Positions 31,574 to 32,000 of a stretch of 32,000 nucleotides of DNA are shown here, piece after piece. Under the pieces are notes generated by a model, which was not told where the DNA came from, made no database searches, and saw nothing but the letters and a program-made list of their open reading frames with translations. The translations under genes and the position numbers were made by a program. Source of the DNA: Geotalea daltonii FRC-32 (lineage in GTDB: Bacteria; Desulfobacterota; Desulfuromonadia; Geobacterales; Geobacteraceae); contig NC_011979.1 in the NCBI RefSeq assembly GCF_000022265.1, forward strand, positions 2,610,001 through 2,642,000, given 5' to 3'. Numbering within the stretch: position 1 is the first letter of the stretch; every line of letters begins with the position of its first letter.

Positions 31574-32000
31574 ATGAGAAAAATGACCAAACAGATAACT
31601 GTAGGCAATGTAAAAATCGGCAGAGACGCCCCATGCTCGGTCCAATCCATGTGCAGCACCGACACCCGGGACGTGGCCGCCACTCTTGATCAAATCCGCA
31701 GGCTGAATGATGTTGGCTGCGAACTGGTGCGTTGCGCTGTTCCAGATATGGATGCCGCCGTTGCCCTGGGCCGCATCAAGGCCGACAGTCCGATTCCGGT
31801 TATTGCCGATATCCATTTCGACTACAAACTGGCACTTAAGGTGCTGGAGAACGGCATTGACGGTCTGCGGCTTAATCCGGGCAACATCGGCGATCAGTGG
31901 AAGGTGGCCGAGGTGGTAAAGGTTGCGGCTGAGCGCCAGGTGCCAATACGTATCGGCGTCAATGCCGGTTCCCTGGAAAAGGAGCTGCTGCAGAAATATG
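31574..32000 (+). CDS. ispG: 4-hydroxy-3-methylbut-2-en-1-yl diphosphate synthase (flavodoxin), 5' partial, runs off the window
   Basis: Hand translation gives MRKMTKQITVGNVKIGRDAPCSVQSMCSTDTRDVAATLDQIRRLNDVGCELVRCAVPDMDAA...IPVIADIHFDYKLAL...LRLNPGNIG...IRIGVNAGSLEKELLQKY, which is typical IspG/GcpE. It is absent from the ORF track because the window contains no stop codon for it. Confidence 0.93.
   Translation, partial: MRKMTKQITVGNVKIGRDAPCSVQSMCSTDTRDVAATLDQIRRLNDVGCELVRCAVPDMDAAVALGRIKADSPIPVIADIHFDYKLALKVLENGIDGLRLNPGNIGDQWKVAEVVKVAAERQVPIRIGVNAGSLEKELLQKY

Overview
The window looks like a chromosomal segment from a Geobacter/Desulfuromonadales-like deltaproteobacterium. That placement is an inference from a 12-heme cytochrome built of c7-type modules, other multihaem cytochromes, sigma-54-type promoters and about 50-55% GC. 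All calls come from motif recognition and reading the sequence; no database search was run. Most of the window is densely packed core genes. A long co-directional block runs nadC-birA-coaX, an EF-G paralogue, a SPOR protein, a helical-repeat protein, an MglA-like GTPase, MgtC and a cytidylate-kinase-like/BON protein. After it come a PHP phosphoesterase, nth, a frameshifted beta-hydroxyacid dehydrogenase, an HD-GYP sensor, rlmD, gdhA and the 5' part of ispG. The left third (1-13.7 kb) is more accessory. It holds a low-GC edge with a DnaA-box cluster, an orphan YgjP/DUF45 metallopeptidase, a 5'-3' exonuclease fused to RNase HI, and a secreted trihaem cytochrome. It also holds a large HAF-repeat/Ig-like surface protein, an AMIN-domain protein, the dodecahaem cytochrome and a GGDEF-family sensor with a GGDDF motif. 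No CRISPR array, transposase, integrase, rRNA or intact tRNA was seen. The best candidates for something undescribed are four. First, a tightly coupled SPOR / helical-repeat / MglA-like module whose GTPase has all three MglA catalytic or switch residues substituted; it sits directly downstream of an EF-G paralogue that lacks the catalytic His. Second, a roughly 180-nt strongly structured RNA or MITE-like element with its own promoter upstream of nadC. Third, the FEN-RNase HI fusion, which ends in a clamp-binding-like peptide. Fourth, an untracked 53-codon gene that has its own RBS and terminator.
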